Translations under genes and position numbers: made by a program | Part shown: positions 36,251 to 48,800 of the stretch, one piece after another | Position numbering within the stretch: the first letter of the stretch is position 1 | Layout of the letters: the number at the start of each line of letters is the position of its first letter | Notes under the pieces: model-generated | What the model saw: the letters and a program-made list of their open reading frames with translations, nothing else | The model's database searches: none | What the model was told of the DNA's origin: nothing | Assembly: GCA_977016875.1 (NCBI GenBank) | Contig: CDRNST010000060.1 | Coordinates: 4,402,001-4,466,000, forward strand | Source: Pavona decussata | Lineage: Eukaryota | Direction: 5' to 3' | DNA length: 64,000 nucleotides

Positions 36251-39200
36251 TTTGTCATTACATACAAGATGGTCGCAAAAGGGTATGTAAAGGCGAATCT
36301 GCTAAAAATTGGATAGTTGACTTATTTGCAGCACACGCATGCATAAGTGGTTGCATTTGGCCCACGCAAGCACCTATTGCTTTTCATTGCTCAAAATCAA
36401 CAGCTGTTCTGCGGGGGGTAGGGGGGGGGGGGAAGCGACAGTTACTGATAGGCTACAACTAAATCCACACAATGCTTTTTTCTGATGCACGATAGTACCT
36501 GTCTAAAAAAGTAGAATATGCACTGTTATTCACCTTGAACAGTCAATGTGGCCGATGCTGTCACAATTCCAAATATATTTTTTGCTTCACATGTGTACAC
36601 TCCATCATCTTGTGACGTCACATCAGTCATCAACAAGCTACCAGGTGACTGCACAACTCGTTTGTCTGCGATGACAGTGGAATTCTGTTTCATCCAAGTG
36701 ATTTGAGGTTCTGGGTTTCCTTTAACGTGGCATTGAAACGAGGCTGCACCGGTCTCGTTTACCACCATGGACACCGGAGGTGACACAATAGAGGGGGCTG
36801 AGATAGATTCACCAGGATCGCCCTTGGGTCCCTGAGGGCCTTGGTCACCTTTAGGTCCAGGAGGTCCTTGGTCTCCTTGAGCACCTCTTGGTCCCTGTGG
36901 TCCCTGAGGCCCGGGTGGACCATGTTTGCCTGGGGGACCAGGCCTGCCTCGTTTTCCCTTGATACTTTTCGGGCAGTACACCATACAGGCCAGGCTGCTA
37001 AGAACAATTTGAACTTCCTTCTTGATAGCGTCTCGAATGGTGTTTTCACTGGTGTTTTTTTCCTTCTTATCATTCCCCAGATAGCGTTTGTGACGAATCT
37101 GTATATCTGTGAATGAGAAAAGCAGTTATTTATACATCAAGGCATGACAGGCTGGTTATTTAGCTTGGGCCTGAAACGCTAAATTGAAACTACAATAGGG
37201 TTGATTGAACCAGTAAAGACATTGTGGCATTTTGTTATATTAAAGTAAAAATAGATGTTTTTTGTAATTTTTACATTGCAATGCTTTCTAAAAATTGATA
37301 CTGGGGACCTCTTATAATCTCACCTACGACACGGGTGTAGATAACAGTTTACAAGGAAGTATATTTGGCTCGCAAGCAGCTGTAACAGTGATACTCAAGA
37401 ACTTCCTTTGTAGCATTTAAGGAAACGTTTGAATTTGTAGGTACAAGCCAAGATCTTCTTGAAACCAAATAGTGTTCCTTGAAGTTTTCACGATAAGCGC
37501 AAAAAAACGTGATCTAGCTGGATGAACCGAACGCAAGAAAAAGCGAAAGGTATTTCTACAGGGGTCCACTAAGCGCCACGCACGTGCAGTGAGAGGCGTT
37601 CATTTTGGTTTGTATTTTTAGCAGTCAATGATGGGATATACCGCGACTGATGAAATAAAATATTTGCCCTCAAGAGTCAAGTTTTCAATTGCATAAAAGC
37701 AATTACGATATTAAATGGCAGTAGCGAGACACCGATCACAGAAACATCATCGGCAATCGCTCTGTAAGTGTCCCGTTATTTCATTTTTCTACACGATTTA
37801 TAAGGAGTTGAAACTCCCAGTAATTCTTGAGTATTATCGGGTTCAGCCAGAGTCTTGCACTTGCGCACTAACCATTTTTTGACAGCTTGGTTTATAATTC
37901 TGAAAAGGGTATTGAAACGTATGCCAAGAAAAACAACCTGATCAGATGACAGTGATCAGTCCCCTTCAATCCTCCCTTTCAAGCGAAATCGTGATATTGA
38001 TCTTCTTAATTGCAACTGAATACTCACCATTTTCCGAGTCACCTCGCAAAAACTGCTTCAACAAAGAGTCCGCAATCGTCTCGTCATGCACAGTGTTTCG
38101 TGGCTCGACATTTTCTTGTTTTTGTTGATTCAAGGCTTGAAGCATTTTCCGATGAGCGTGAAGTTCGATCTCGACATGAATCAGTGCCACGAAACAAACA
38201 GCAACGGAGACAAATATCGATGAAAACATCACCGTATTGGAGACCGGTCGCGACTTTGATTGCTCCATAATTAAACCTGTGAAAACCAGGGAGCGATTCC
38301 AGTTGAGATCTTCGCTGTTCACTAGAAACGTGTTTCAGTGAACGACCCTATTCGTTCCTAACGCTCTGTGACCTCTCTTTTGCTATTTGGCTTTTTTCCA
38401 GATCTCCGAGGAGGTATTACTCCGATCAATTGCATTATTTTAAGCCCTTCAGAAATTCCTCCAATTCCGGAATTGAAAGACCCAGGTCATGAGTGAGGAA
38501 AGTGCGTGAAGAAAGCCAAATAGATTTCGTCTGAGTTCGCCTTTTTACGACTTTTTTTGCGATGCATGTCTAACAAATGGACCAAATTTAGAAAATCACA
38601 CTTTTGATATCTTTTAAATCATGAATCTTATTATTTTCGTTTCCAATAAATGTGGTAGTTTAAGCGGGTTTAAACAAATTGTATACTCGGCTGTCTGGGT
38701 ATTGCAAAATAAGTTGCCTCATTATAAAAACCCGAGCATCTTCAAATCTCAAAACTTCGCCTCCTGCTCAAAATCGCAAATTCAATTCACAACTAAACTG
38801 CGGCAACAGTACGGTAACAGCACAGCGAGATAAACAGGACATTGTTCCTCTTCTCCTATAACATAACAAAACATAAAAAAACGGGGGTGAGTGTTGGGCC
38901 GTGCCAAAAAGAAAAAGATAAAAATACAAAACTAAAAAAATTTCAAAACTCAAAATTTCCTGACCCTCTCTCTACAACTTGATCTATATCTCACGGATAA
39001 ATACAAAATCTAATCATAAGTATACAAAATCTGTGTCCATATGTTACACGGCGGAAGGCGACTCGGCTGAAAAGTTCAGTTCTCTAAGATCTAGCTGATG
39101 ATTGCCAAGCCTTCTTCGTGAAGGCTTTGATTCTGTGCCATTTGCAAGCGGTGAGAGTAGATTCCAGATGACGGCACTTCGGTACGCGATAGAGCACGAA

Positions 39201-40330
39201 AGTAATGGCTAAATTATTCGTATTTGTTAGATTATGTGTGGTTGAGCGACTCTTTGTTATGAATTCCATACATGGTGGTGCTAACTGAGAATTTATCTTA
39301 AATATAAGGGTGGCTAGTCTAACTTTATATAAATCAGAGAGCTTGGACCAGTGGGCTAGCTGGCGGGCAGTGGGCTATACTTCCAACAAGTCAACATTCG
39401 CTTATGAAGTCAGTTTAACGCGAGGAATTTAGGAGCGACGACTGACTGACAAAAAATCTAAAGGAAAATTTGTATTGGAGAGAACGTTTGGAAAGTTCAC
39501 ATAAAAGCATGCGCGCACTTGACGTGCGTCACTCAATGTGCATATAAACAGTTTAAAAATTATTGGCAACGGGCGGAGGGGAGGTGGGGGGGGGGGGGGT
39601 TGACGACGAACGGAGCAGTTTTATTAGCCAGAATATTCTGAATATTTTCGCTTCACTAAATCCAACATTCCCTGTACCCTGTACCAATGGTTCCCAGTAA
39701 CCTCCCCTGTTAGCTGAACGGGACCTTGATTAGGGATGGGCCTGGTAAATTTGAGTATGACAATACCTCCTACAATCACTGGTTTGATGGACAGGCTCTC
39801 CTGCACCGCTTCCACATACAAGATGGTCACGTGACTTACAGTAACAGATTCGTGCGAAGCCAATGTTATGCAGATTCCTTGAAGCACGGAAAGTCAAATC
39901 ATTTGGAATTCGGCACCTTTATTCCTCCAGATCCCTGCCAGGACATCTTTGCTCGTTTCTTCTGGCGTTATTTCGGAAAAGAAGTTCCCACGGATAACAC
40001 GAATGTTAATGTGTTCATGATAAAGAATAAAACGTATGCAGCCACTGAATCCAACATCATATTTGAAATCGACCGCAAGACGCTAAACACTTTAAAGAGC
40101 GTGGATATTTCAAAAGAGTTTCCAGGTAACCAGACAAAAATGACTGTAAAAATTTGTTTTTCATTTTGCACTTTCTTTTATTTTGCCGTACTTTCAAACT
40201 AAAGAAAGGTGAATTGGTGAGGAAACCTAAGTGAAGAAACCACCAGGCCATGAAAAATTATGTTTCTTTTCGAGATTCATGATTGGATGTCCTACTACAA
40301 ATGTGGGTCAACCAAGAAGGAAAAGGAGGG

Positions 40331-40620
40331 ATATTTAACAATTAGACGGCGAGCTCGAGGTTTCTATCGGCTGATAGTTGGCGAGGGGCGAAGCCCCGAG
40401 CCAACTATCAAAGGCGATAGAAACGTAGAGCGAGCCGTCTAATTGTTTTAGCATACCTCAGTGATCGATCTATGAAGCAAAAAATCTTTTTATTTCATAA
40501 ATTTTGATATATTTGTGCAATGATGCATGCTAAATCGCGCGCGCCCTGACAAACTGCCGTCTGTCGGTCGATAGACGGCACCTGTGTAGCCAATCAGATT
40601 GCGCGTTACGCGATAGCCGG
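40331..40620. mobile_element. End of an unclassified element with a ~110-bp hairpin, running into an assembly gap
   Basis: Inverted repeat 40337-40447 (AACAATTAGACGGC...GCCGTCTAATTGTT); absent from BCO copy 1 intron. Confidence 0.6.
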
Positions 40621-40795
40621 NNNNNNNNNNNNNNNNNNNNNNNNNNNNNNNNNNNNNNNNNNNNNNNNNNNNNNNNNNNNNNNNNNNNNNNNNNNNNNNN
40701 NNNNNNNNNNNNNNNNNNNNNNNNNNNNNNNNNNNNNNNNNNNNNNNNNNNNNNNNNNNNNNNNNNNNNNNNNNNNNNNNNNNNNNNNNNNNNNN
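40621..40795. other. Assembly gap
   Basis: Run of N. Confidence 1.
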
Positions 40796-41030
40796 AAATA
40801 CGCTTAGCTTTTGTGAGACCAGCAAGCTAGTCTCACCAGCTAGTTTACAGATATTTCACACTAAATGATTAAAATAACTAACACATATTAAAAAACATCA
40901 AATGGCATACTAGGTTAAGTTTAAATTTCTAATACAAATTAATCATCATACGTAAAACAAAAATTACAATAAAGAAATAAATGGATATAAAAAACTACAA
41001 TAATTCGCATTGTGTGAAAAGCTCACTCGA

Positions 41031-41480
41031 TCATAGTAGACCTGCCAGATCTAGTGTTCTGATACTGTTTTTAAAAGCCTTGTAAGTTTGAACTGTTATG
41101 CTTGAGTCAGGTAATGAGTTCCTGAGTTTTGGTGCCGTAAACGTCCACGATTTAAGGCCATAAGTTGTAGTGCTGGCCTTTGGTCGCTTTAAAATGTCAC
41201 TTCCTCTTAGATTGCATTTATTATTTCTAAGACCGATCAGTTCTTTTATGCATTTTGGTGCATGTTCATTATTGATTGCATTGAAAACTGTGCAAACTAT
41301 TTTTGCGAGGCGTTGATTCTCAAGTGATGGTAAACCTATTTTGTTGAGTAGTTCAGAGTAGGGCCTTTGTTTTTTGTTAAAGACAAAACGGAGGGCACGC
41401 TCATTAACTTTTTCTAGCTTAGCAATGGCACTTTTGTTGCTGAAATGCCATGTCTCTGAGCAGTAGTTAAAATGAGGGAT
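41031..41480 (-). mobile_element. CR1/L2-like LINE 3' fragment
   Basis: IPHFNYCSETWHF..KLEKVNERALRFV..YGLKS post-RT motifs; bordered by A20/(GA)n; absent from BCO copy 1. Confidence 0.75.
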
Positions 41481-41493
41481 GAAAAAAAAAAAA

Positions 41494-41524
<31 letters not shown>

Positions 41525-42681
41525 AAAGGAAAGTCAAAGATAACTAACTGTTAAAGATCAACAATTGTAAAAAGGAATTCTTTTGACTTTCTTTTGAAAG
41601 CAGAAAGGACCGGATGAAGAACTACTGACCTCGGAAAAGGCAGGCCTGGTGTTATCAGAGCTATGAGTTTGGTTATTCAGTAAAAATATACCATCAAATT
41701 TTAAAGGAAGAGTAGAGACCTTCTTAAAAAAACAACCATTTATCAGTAAGGCCTTTCTTTATTAATTTAAACATTGGATGATCAATGTTTGTCTGTGAAC
41801 GAAAATTTTAATAATTACTTGAAGTTGTTGAAGAGTATATTCCCATGGCGATATTTGGATATTAAGAGATTAATCTTAGTCCAGCTAAATTCTCTTTATT
41901 TCTCTTCAGGAAGTGTCACACTCAACACCGGAACAGCACACCCACACCACACCCCAGATGGCTCAGTGATCAATGTCGCGGTCTCTTATGGTCTGAACTC
42001 CACTTACAAAATCATCCAAATACCACCCTCCTCGGGGAAGCCAAGCGAAACTCCTCTAGAGGGGGGTAAAGTGCTCTCTTCCATTCATCCTTCGGGTGGC
42101 ATTGGGTATGTCCACAGCTTCGGCCTGACAGAAAATTTTATTGTTATTACCGAGGGCCCCCTCAAAATAGATATCTGGAAAGTTCTTGCTCACAGAATCT
42201 TCGCAACAAGCCCAGCAGATTGGCTCAGTTGGAATGAGAATGAACCAACGAGATTCCATGTCATCGACAGAAAACAAGGCGACCGTGTAGGCGTCTTCAC
42301 CGCGGAGCCATTCCTTGTGTTCCACCACATCAACGCCTTTGAAAAAGATGGCAAGATTTATCTTGATGCTTTTTGTTACCATGACGACTCAGTGATACGT
42401 CAAGCATACCTGGGAAACTTGCGCTCCCCTGTGCAACCAGGCCAGAAGAAGTTTGATCTTTCGGAAGTGCGCCGTTATGAGCTTCCGCTTGGAGAACTGG
42501 GCGGTGTGAACGAGGAGAAAGGCCTCCACAAGGGAGGGGACGGGCGAGATTACACTTTGCTGTACCTGGGGATGAATTTACCGAGAATCAACTACGAAGA
42601 GAACAATGGCAAACCGTACAGGTATGTGGAAATATTTTCAGAAGAATGTACAAACTTGTTAACAATTTGAGGAACAGACTA

Positions 42682-42996
42682 AGGCCCCGTTTATATGGAG
42701 AAAAGTTGTCCCGGGTAGAAGGGTCACTCGCCTTCCCGAGCTACCCTGGGCGAGCCAACTTTTCCCACATTTCCTTACAAAACTTGGCGAACCGTTTGCA
42801 TGAGAAACAAAAAATTGGCCCGGCCTGGGCCAACTTTTCTCCATACAAACACTTTGGCTCGCCCCGGGTCAACTCCGTCAAGGCGAGACAATCAGTTTCA
42901 TGATGTGCGAGCGCTGTTGGCTCGGGCAAAGGGGTCAACTTTTTTCTCATACTGAAACGCTCGCTGAAGTTGACTCGGCTGGGAAGGTGACCCTGG
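42682..42996. mobile_element. PIF/Harbinger-like MITE, one end degraded
   Basis: Begins TAA|GGCCCCGTTTATATGGAG; internal inverted segments; absent from BCO copies 1 and 2 (CAGACTTAGAAACC). Confidence 0.6.
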
Positions 42997-44583
42997 ACCT
43001 AAGAAACCAGTGAACTTCACACTTACTTCAATACAATAACCACTCTCAGTCAACCCCAAAGCCAGCAATGCTTATTTAGAGGAACAACATATTCTTTTGC
43101 AGAGGGTAACGACGAAGTTTTATTAAAGTGAAGTAATTTAGGATACGTCCGTGATCGCTAAATGTAAGCTCTAAGAAACCCAACTTGGACCAAATGACGA
43201 GATTTCGCATATGAATTCACTATAGGCTCTGGAAACAGTAAGGACGCTGCCTCCTAATACAGAAGTATTTTCGCGAAGTTTATGACTATGCGGGAAAAGC
43301 AGATCTTAGTAAGGGCTGTTGTAATCTAAAAAGGAAATTGGGGATAACCACGCATCTGTCAGAAATAATCAAATCATGGAACAATTATAGATGTTTAAAA
43401 TGAAATAAGTCAATTGTATATGTTCGTGACCGGTCCATATCACGTACGTATGTCCTTGTATCTTTGGCAGGTTTGCATATGGCACGGGGAACTCCGAGCA
43501 AGCATTACTTGACAAACTGGTCAAGTTGAATGTGGAGACTAAAGAGTTTGTTACATGGGAGGAGTCAGGCGGGTTTGTTTCAGAGCCCGTGTTTGTTAAA
43601 GCTCCTGATGGAAAAGAAGAAGATGACGGTGTTGTGTTGTCGTGCGTCATCAACGTTAATGACCAGACCACCTCTCTGCTGGTACTGGATGCGAAAGAAT
43701 TCAAGGAGCTGGGGCGAGCTGTGGTTCAATGAATTACCCCAGCAAACTTCCATGGCTTTTTCCAGTAGCACTTGTCGGGAAATCAGTGTGAGTTTTTCGT
43801 CTGTGGATTTTCTCTTCTATGTGTGATTGCGTTTTTATTTTCAATGTTTACCTACCAGCGTGAAAGAAGAAATTAAGAAAGGTTTATTGCGTTCGACGTA
43901 GAAAAAACGCATTTTTTATTACGTTTGGAGTCGAGACTGTATGGGACAATCAACCGATCAAACGAATAAATGGATCTTGGGACGCGTATATTGCATCCCC
44001 CGCAGATTTTGCAGGGGCGGATGACACCATCACCTACTTGGCAAAGGAGAGAGAGCCTGGGATCGAGATCATCGAACGCACTCCCAAATCTTTGATTGTT
44101 ACTAGTTTAGTTTTACTGTGATTGCCTTCAACTTGGACCACTTTTTCAAACGATCCTGACTTGCTCGCGCATGCGTTTTCATGTGCTTCCTTCCGTTTCC
44201 GGTTGGATTTATCCCTGGGGTTTGTTATAATGTCTGTTATAATGGTAAGGTTTTAGCCAGGAAGGCTATCTTACTGTTTAGAGATCTTCAAAAAGATTCT
44301 AGGTTGTAGAGTAATACAGAAATAAAAAAAGGATATATATAAGAACAAATAAATTATAAAAACAGGGCAATAATTAAAGGTGAACTGGGATTAATTATTG
44401 TCAAGGGTAACTTCACGTTTTAATTTTTTTAAGAACTGATGTCTCAGTCCAGCGTACTCCATTTGTTTTTAAACAACAACAACAACAAATTTTATTTTTA
44501 TACCACACTGGAATACAGAAGAAATTAATGTAAACGCTACTTATGCAAGGTATAATGCCACGTAGAAAATAACTAATAAGCTA

Positions 44584-44756
44584 CAGTCGGACCTCTATTA
44601 AGCGGCCACCCTGGGGACTTTGAAAACTGGCCGCTTAATAGAGGTTGGCCGTTGAATAGAGGTATCGAATACAGCACTTTACTGACAAAATAATAATTCG
44701 GGACTTTGGAAAGTGGCCGCTTAATGGAGGGTGGCCGCTTAATAGAGGTCCGACTG
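44584..44756. mobile_element. Tc1/mariner-pogo type MITE
   Basis: Perfect TIR CAGTCGGACCTCTATTAAGCGGCCACC, TA target duplication, internal GGCCGCTTAATAGAGG repeats; absent from paralogous regions. Confidence 0.92.
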
Positions 44757-45832
44757 TATTCTAGCTAGCTAATCTAGTCTATGTATAAATGTTAAAAGTA
44801 GTCGTGACAGGGACGCACAAGTATAAAATTACATAAAGCACACACAAAAGACTTTCTGATTAAAATGGTGAGGAAAGAAAGGACAAATTGTTGAAAGATT
44901 TCACAAAACATTTTTCGATTCTGCTGCTTTGACAAAACATCTTTTGTAAAGTGGAATGCATCTTTTTTTTTCAGCTTTCTCCCGGGTATACTTCTTATTT
45001 TTTTAGCCTCCGCATTTGAACTCGTGCCCATTCCCCTCCTGCAGCTTCGGTATGCAGGTGATCGAGACTATACAATGATTATAATGATAGCTTGGAAAGA
45101 TTTTCTAAAATCCTATTTTTGTTCTATCTTGACTTGAGCCGGATAATAGTCACTAAACTGGAATAATTATGCTATCTTTCCTATGAGTCCGACATTTCTC
45201 TTACACCAGTGCAACTCTCCATTCAATATCTATATGAAGAATTTTATGTGAAGGCTTGCACTCTTCTCATTTCACGAATCTCCGTTTTCGTGCCCGCAAA
45301 TTTTTGAAAGCCACACATCTTCCACCGACGAAGGCCTCGGCAATAGCGTACAACATCGACACGCGCTCTGCTCTTTGACCTTGTCAGTCTATTGTTTCCC
45401 GCAAAATCTCTGTTCTAAAGATAGCCTTGGAGTTGTCAGACTTCTCTCTTTGGATCACTATATTGAAATTCTTAGCAATGGCTTATCATCTTCTTCTCTT
45501 TATAAGAGAACAGATTGCTTGAAAAAATAAAGAAAAATTAAAATTTCCGTCTCAAGTGTTTAACTTAAAACCGTTTTCAGTCGCCATAATTTCTAAAGTT
45601 TGTAGGGGTTGGCTGTTTCAAACAAAAGCGTTTGTTTCGTCAACAGGCTCAGAAAACTCAGAAAAGTTTAAGACGCTAACAGCAGGCGGTTCTTCAGTTG
45701 TTATTACTCCATTAATCTTATCGTTGCAGTAGTATTACAGTTTTACTGCTTTTGCATTGTCTGTTCAGTAGTGTATTTAGTTGAAGGTTATCGAATCAGT
45801 GGTGTGAAATCTTACGAGAGCTCCTGCACCAG

Positions 45833-48800
45833 CTACGCCAAACCATAGCATTTGAACTTTCCTAATGTATGATAACCTTCTTCGTTTGAGTCATTAAAAT
45901 CTGCTAGTCTGATTTGCGTCACAGGCAGAGCAGACTTGTCTGTCAGCAGACCGCTGTCTGATCTCCAACCACCGGCACTGTTATGACAGTTACACCTCTT
46001 ACCATTGGAACAAGAGTTTGTTACTCCGCATGCGCACATATTACTAGATCCAGCAGCACCTCCCCAGTAGTTCATTTTTCTTCCGTCACGTGACACCCAC
46101 CAAGCAACCGCCTCTTCAACAAACGCTACGTCCCCAGTGCACTCAAACTTGATAAACTGTTCACAGTTCTGTGACACTCGAGTGAGTGCTGCTAGCTGAG
46201 AGGTGCTGACTCCAGTGTATCTCACGTCTTTACGGTAACATCCTGGATTATCATTGTTACATCCAGAAATGTCAGCAACATGGGTTCTACTCTCACTGTC
46301 GTGACTGATGACCGTCACGCCAACTCCACCTTTGTCACTCATGTCACAATACACACGGAAGGGAGTCACGCCTCCTTTGCCGTCAGGGTCAATCATATAA
46401 TTACCTGAAGAGCTTCCACTGTTGGCTGATTTTATGCTGCTGCAGGACACGGGTTTGAGTACTTCAATAACAGTAGTTGCCTTAATTGTTCGCCGATAAT
46501 TTTTTGCCTCGCACGTGTAAGACCCAGCGTCACTTTTGGCCACTTTGCTGAGAAACAAAGTTCCGTTTGGATAAACAACATGATTTTGTGAAAGAGTTTT
46601 GCCGACTCTTTTCCAGACAGTTTCAATTGAGCCCTGTGCTTCACAATTCAGCATTAGATTGCTAAACTCTGATACAGCATCTTTCAAGGGAGGGGTGAGG
46701 GTAAATTTGAGCCTGTCAATCACCGTCAGTAGTGCAACTGCGGACTCCTGTCCAAGAAGATTCTTAGCTGAGCATGCGTACGTCCCGCCATCTGCCTTTT
46801 TTACATTAAGGATAATCAAATTCCCTTCAATGACTGTGGTCTTCTCTTTCGGCACGTGGCCCAGTGCCTTTCGCCACGTCACCTTTGGTTTGGGTTGACC
46901 AGTAGCTTTGCACTGCAGATTCACGTTTTCTCCCTCTTCAACTATGACCGACGAAGGCTTTTGAGTTATCTTGGCACCAACTAAAAGTCAACAAAGAAGA
47001 GCTATGAAAAAAAAGATTGTTTTCTTATCCTCTATATTGAATTGGAACTTTCATCATCATCATTTATTTATTTGCCTTACTAAAAAAAAGAAGAAATGAT
47101 ATAATTTACAATAATGGCGAGGAGACCTCAAGAAACCACCAGGCTTATAAGAGAGGCCATCTCGACTGTCATTAATAAATAGAAAGTGTGTGGTGCTGCG
47201 TAAGTGCGGCTTGGTCAATTCATGATTTTATAGATAAAAACTGCAACATTTTTTTTAAAAAGGTGAAAAAACTAGATGAAGAAGTTATTGATATTGGGAG
47301 AGAATTTCAGACAGGCTTGGACATGACATGAGGTTTAATTGGGGGAACCTAGACAAAGAGTTTTTTCCACAAGAACTTCCATTGTAATCTAGATCCAGTT
47401 CCATACGGAAAAAAATATTGAGGGAACCAAATTGATGGAAGTCTAGCCTGCAACTGACACTTCAAGGAACTTTATTTAGCTGTCAAGCAAAAACATTTGA
47501 CCTGGGGGTGCTTTTCTATATGTCCAGTATTCGATAACAGAAAAATTTAGCCATCACCGGCAGTTGCTGATGAGCTTGACCTTTTCAGATTTTAGATTTG
47601 TTTTATTCATGTACTATTTCAATAGTTAACCACAAAAGAAAATTCCGATACATCACAAAAGTAACATAAATACAACATTAAATTACATAAATCATCAACG
47701 GTAAAATGTGCGCAGTGACCAAAGGAGCTTAGGCTTTCGAGTTGGTCACTGCTACGTGCGGCTAACGTTAACTGGTGTATAACGTGCAACTAACTAAGTA
47801 GCACAAAACAAAAGACAAGAAAATTAAGAGTGCATAAAATGATACTACAATTTGTACCTAAAAAACAATTGAAATGATAGTTAATAGTGAGGGCAGAGAA
47901 ATCAAATACTCATTGCGTATTTAAAAGGTACAATTTGTATTGCTTGTAGAAGCTATTATATGGGAGTTTTTTTTAAATTTAGAGGGAATTTTTTCCCAAA
48001 TTTTAGACCCAGCATATGCAAAAGTGGCAGCTCCGTAATTATTCCTTATCCTCGGCCGATGAAAATTAAGGTTTGATGCAAATCTGGTGTTGTAGCTATG
48101 AACTTCAGAGGCAAGAGTAAGAGTTCCTTTGAAAATCATAGAGACGTTAGTAGTATTGTTAGTAATTTTATATGTGAAAAGGGCCACCTTAAATTTGTAA
48201 ATGTTTTCAAGTGTAAGAATACCTAAGAGATTTAAGTATGGCATAGCACTGTCCCTACTATAAGTAAAGAAGATGCTACGCACACATTTATTCTGTTTAG
48301 TTTTAATCTTATGTAATCTGGTCTTACAACCACTGCCCCAGGTCTTAATACCATAAGTTAAATATGGATAAATGAAGGAGAAATACATGTCTTTAGATCG
48401 GAGTTTAATCAAACTAGACTGCGAATGTCAAAGACTATCATCTATCAGAGCCATTTCATTCCCAGCGCCACCTTCTCTACTGGTCATCGACAGAGAAGAC
48501 AGAGGTCTCTGCGGACATCACTGGTGGTTCTAGCCTACACGTTGTCATACCCATCCACCACGGAGAAAGCATGGGGTGTGTACCGCTAAGCGTAGGCTAT
48601 GGTGGCTCAGGCCTGAAGTTTCCCTAAACCTTAGCAGGCTCAACCCCAGTTAAAACCGGCGTGCAAATCTGAGATAAAATCTCTCTAAACGAAAAGACGC
48701 ACAGGATTACAAAATTCACTGAGGAGGCCGTAAAATTCCGTCCACACAAGAAGCCTTAACAAATCAGCCTCTTTAAATTTTTAGTTAAGATCTGTTAAAT

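Larger units (their letters stand above)
33382..38268 (-). pseudogene. Gene B2: collagen-Ig-PAN-like paralog, mosaic, two nonsense mutations
   Basis: Exons 38268-38028, 37106-36534, 35872-35339, 33614-33382. CAA>TAA at 35820-35822 and a TAA at 33436-33438 where B3 has TAT. Confidence 0.83.
39698..43768 (+). pseudogene. Carotenoid oxygenase copy 3, disabled
   Basis: Exons ~39698-40125, 41910-42621, 43471-43768. Same TAG at the Trp position (39711-39713). GGA>TGA at 43730-43732 removes the terminal FHG motif (fourth iron-binding His). Middle exon intact. Confidence 0.83.
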
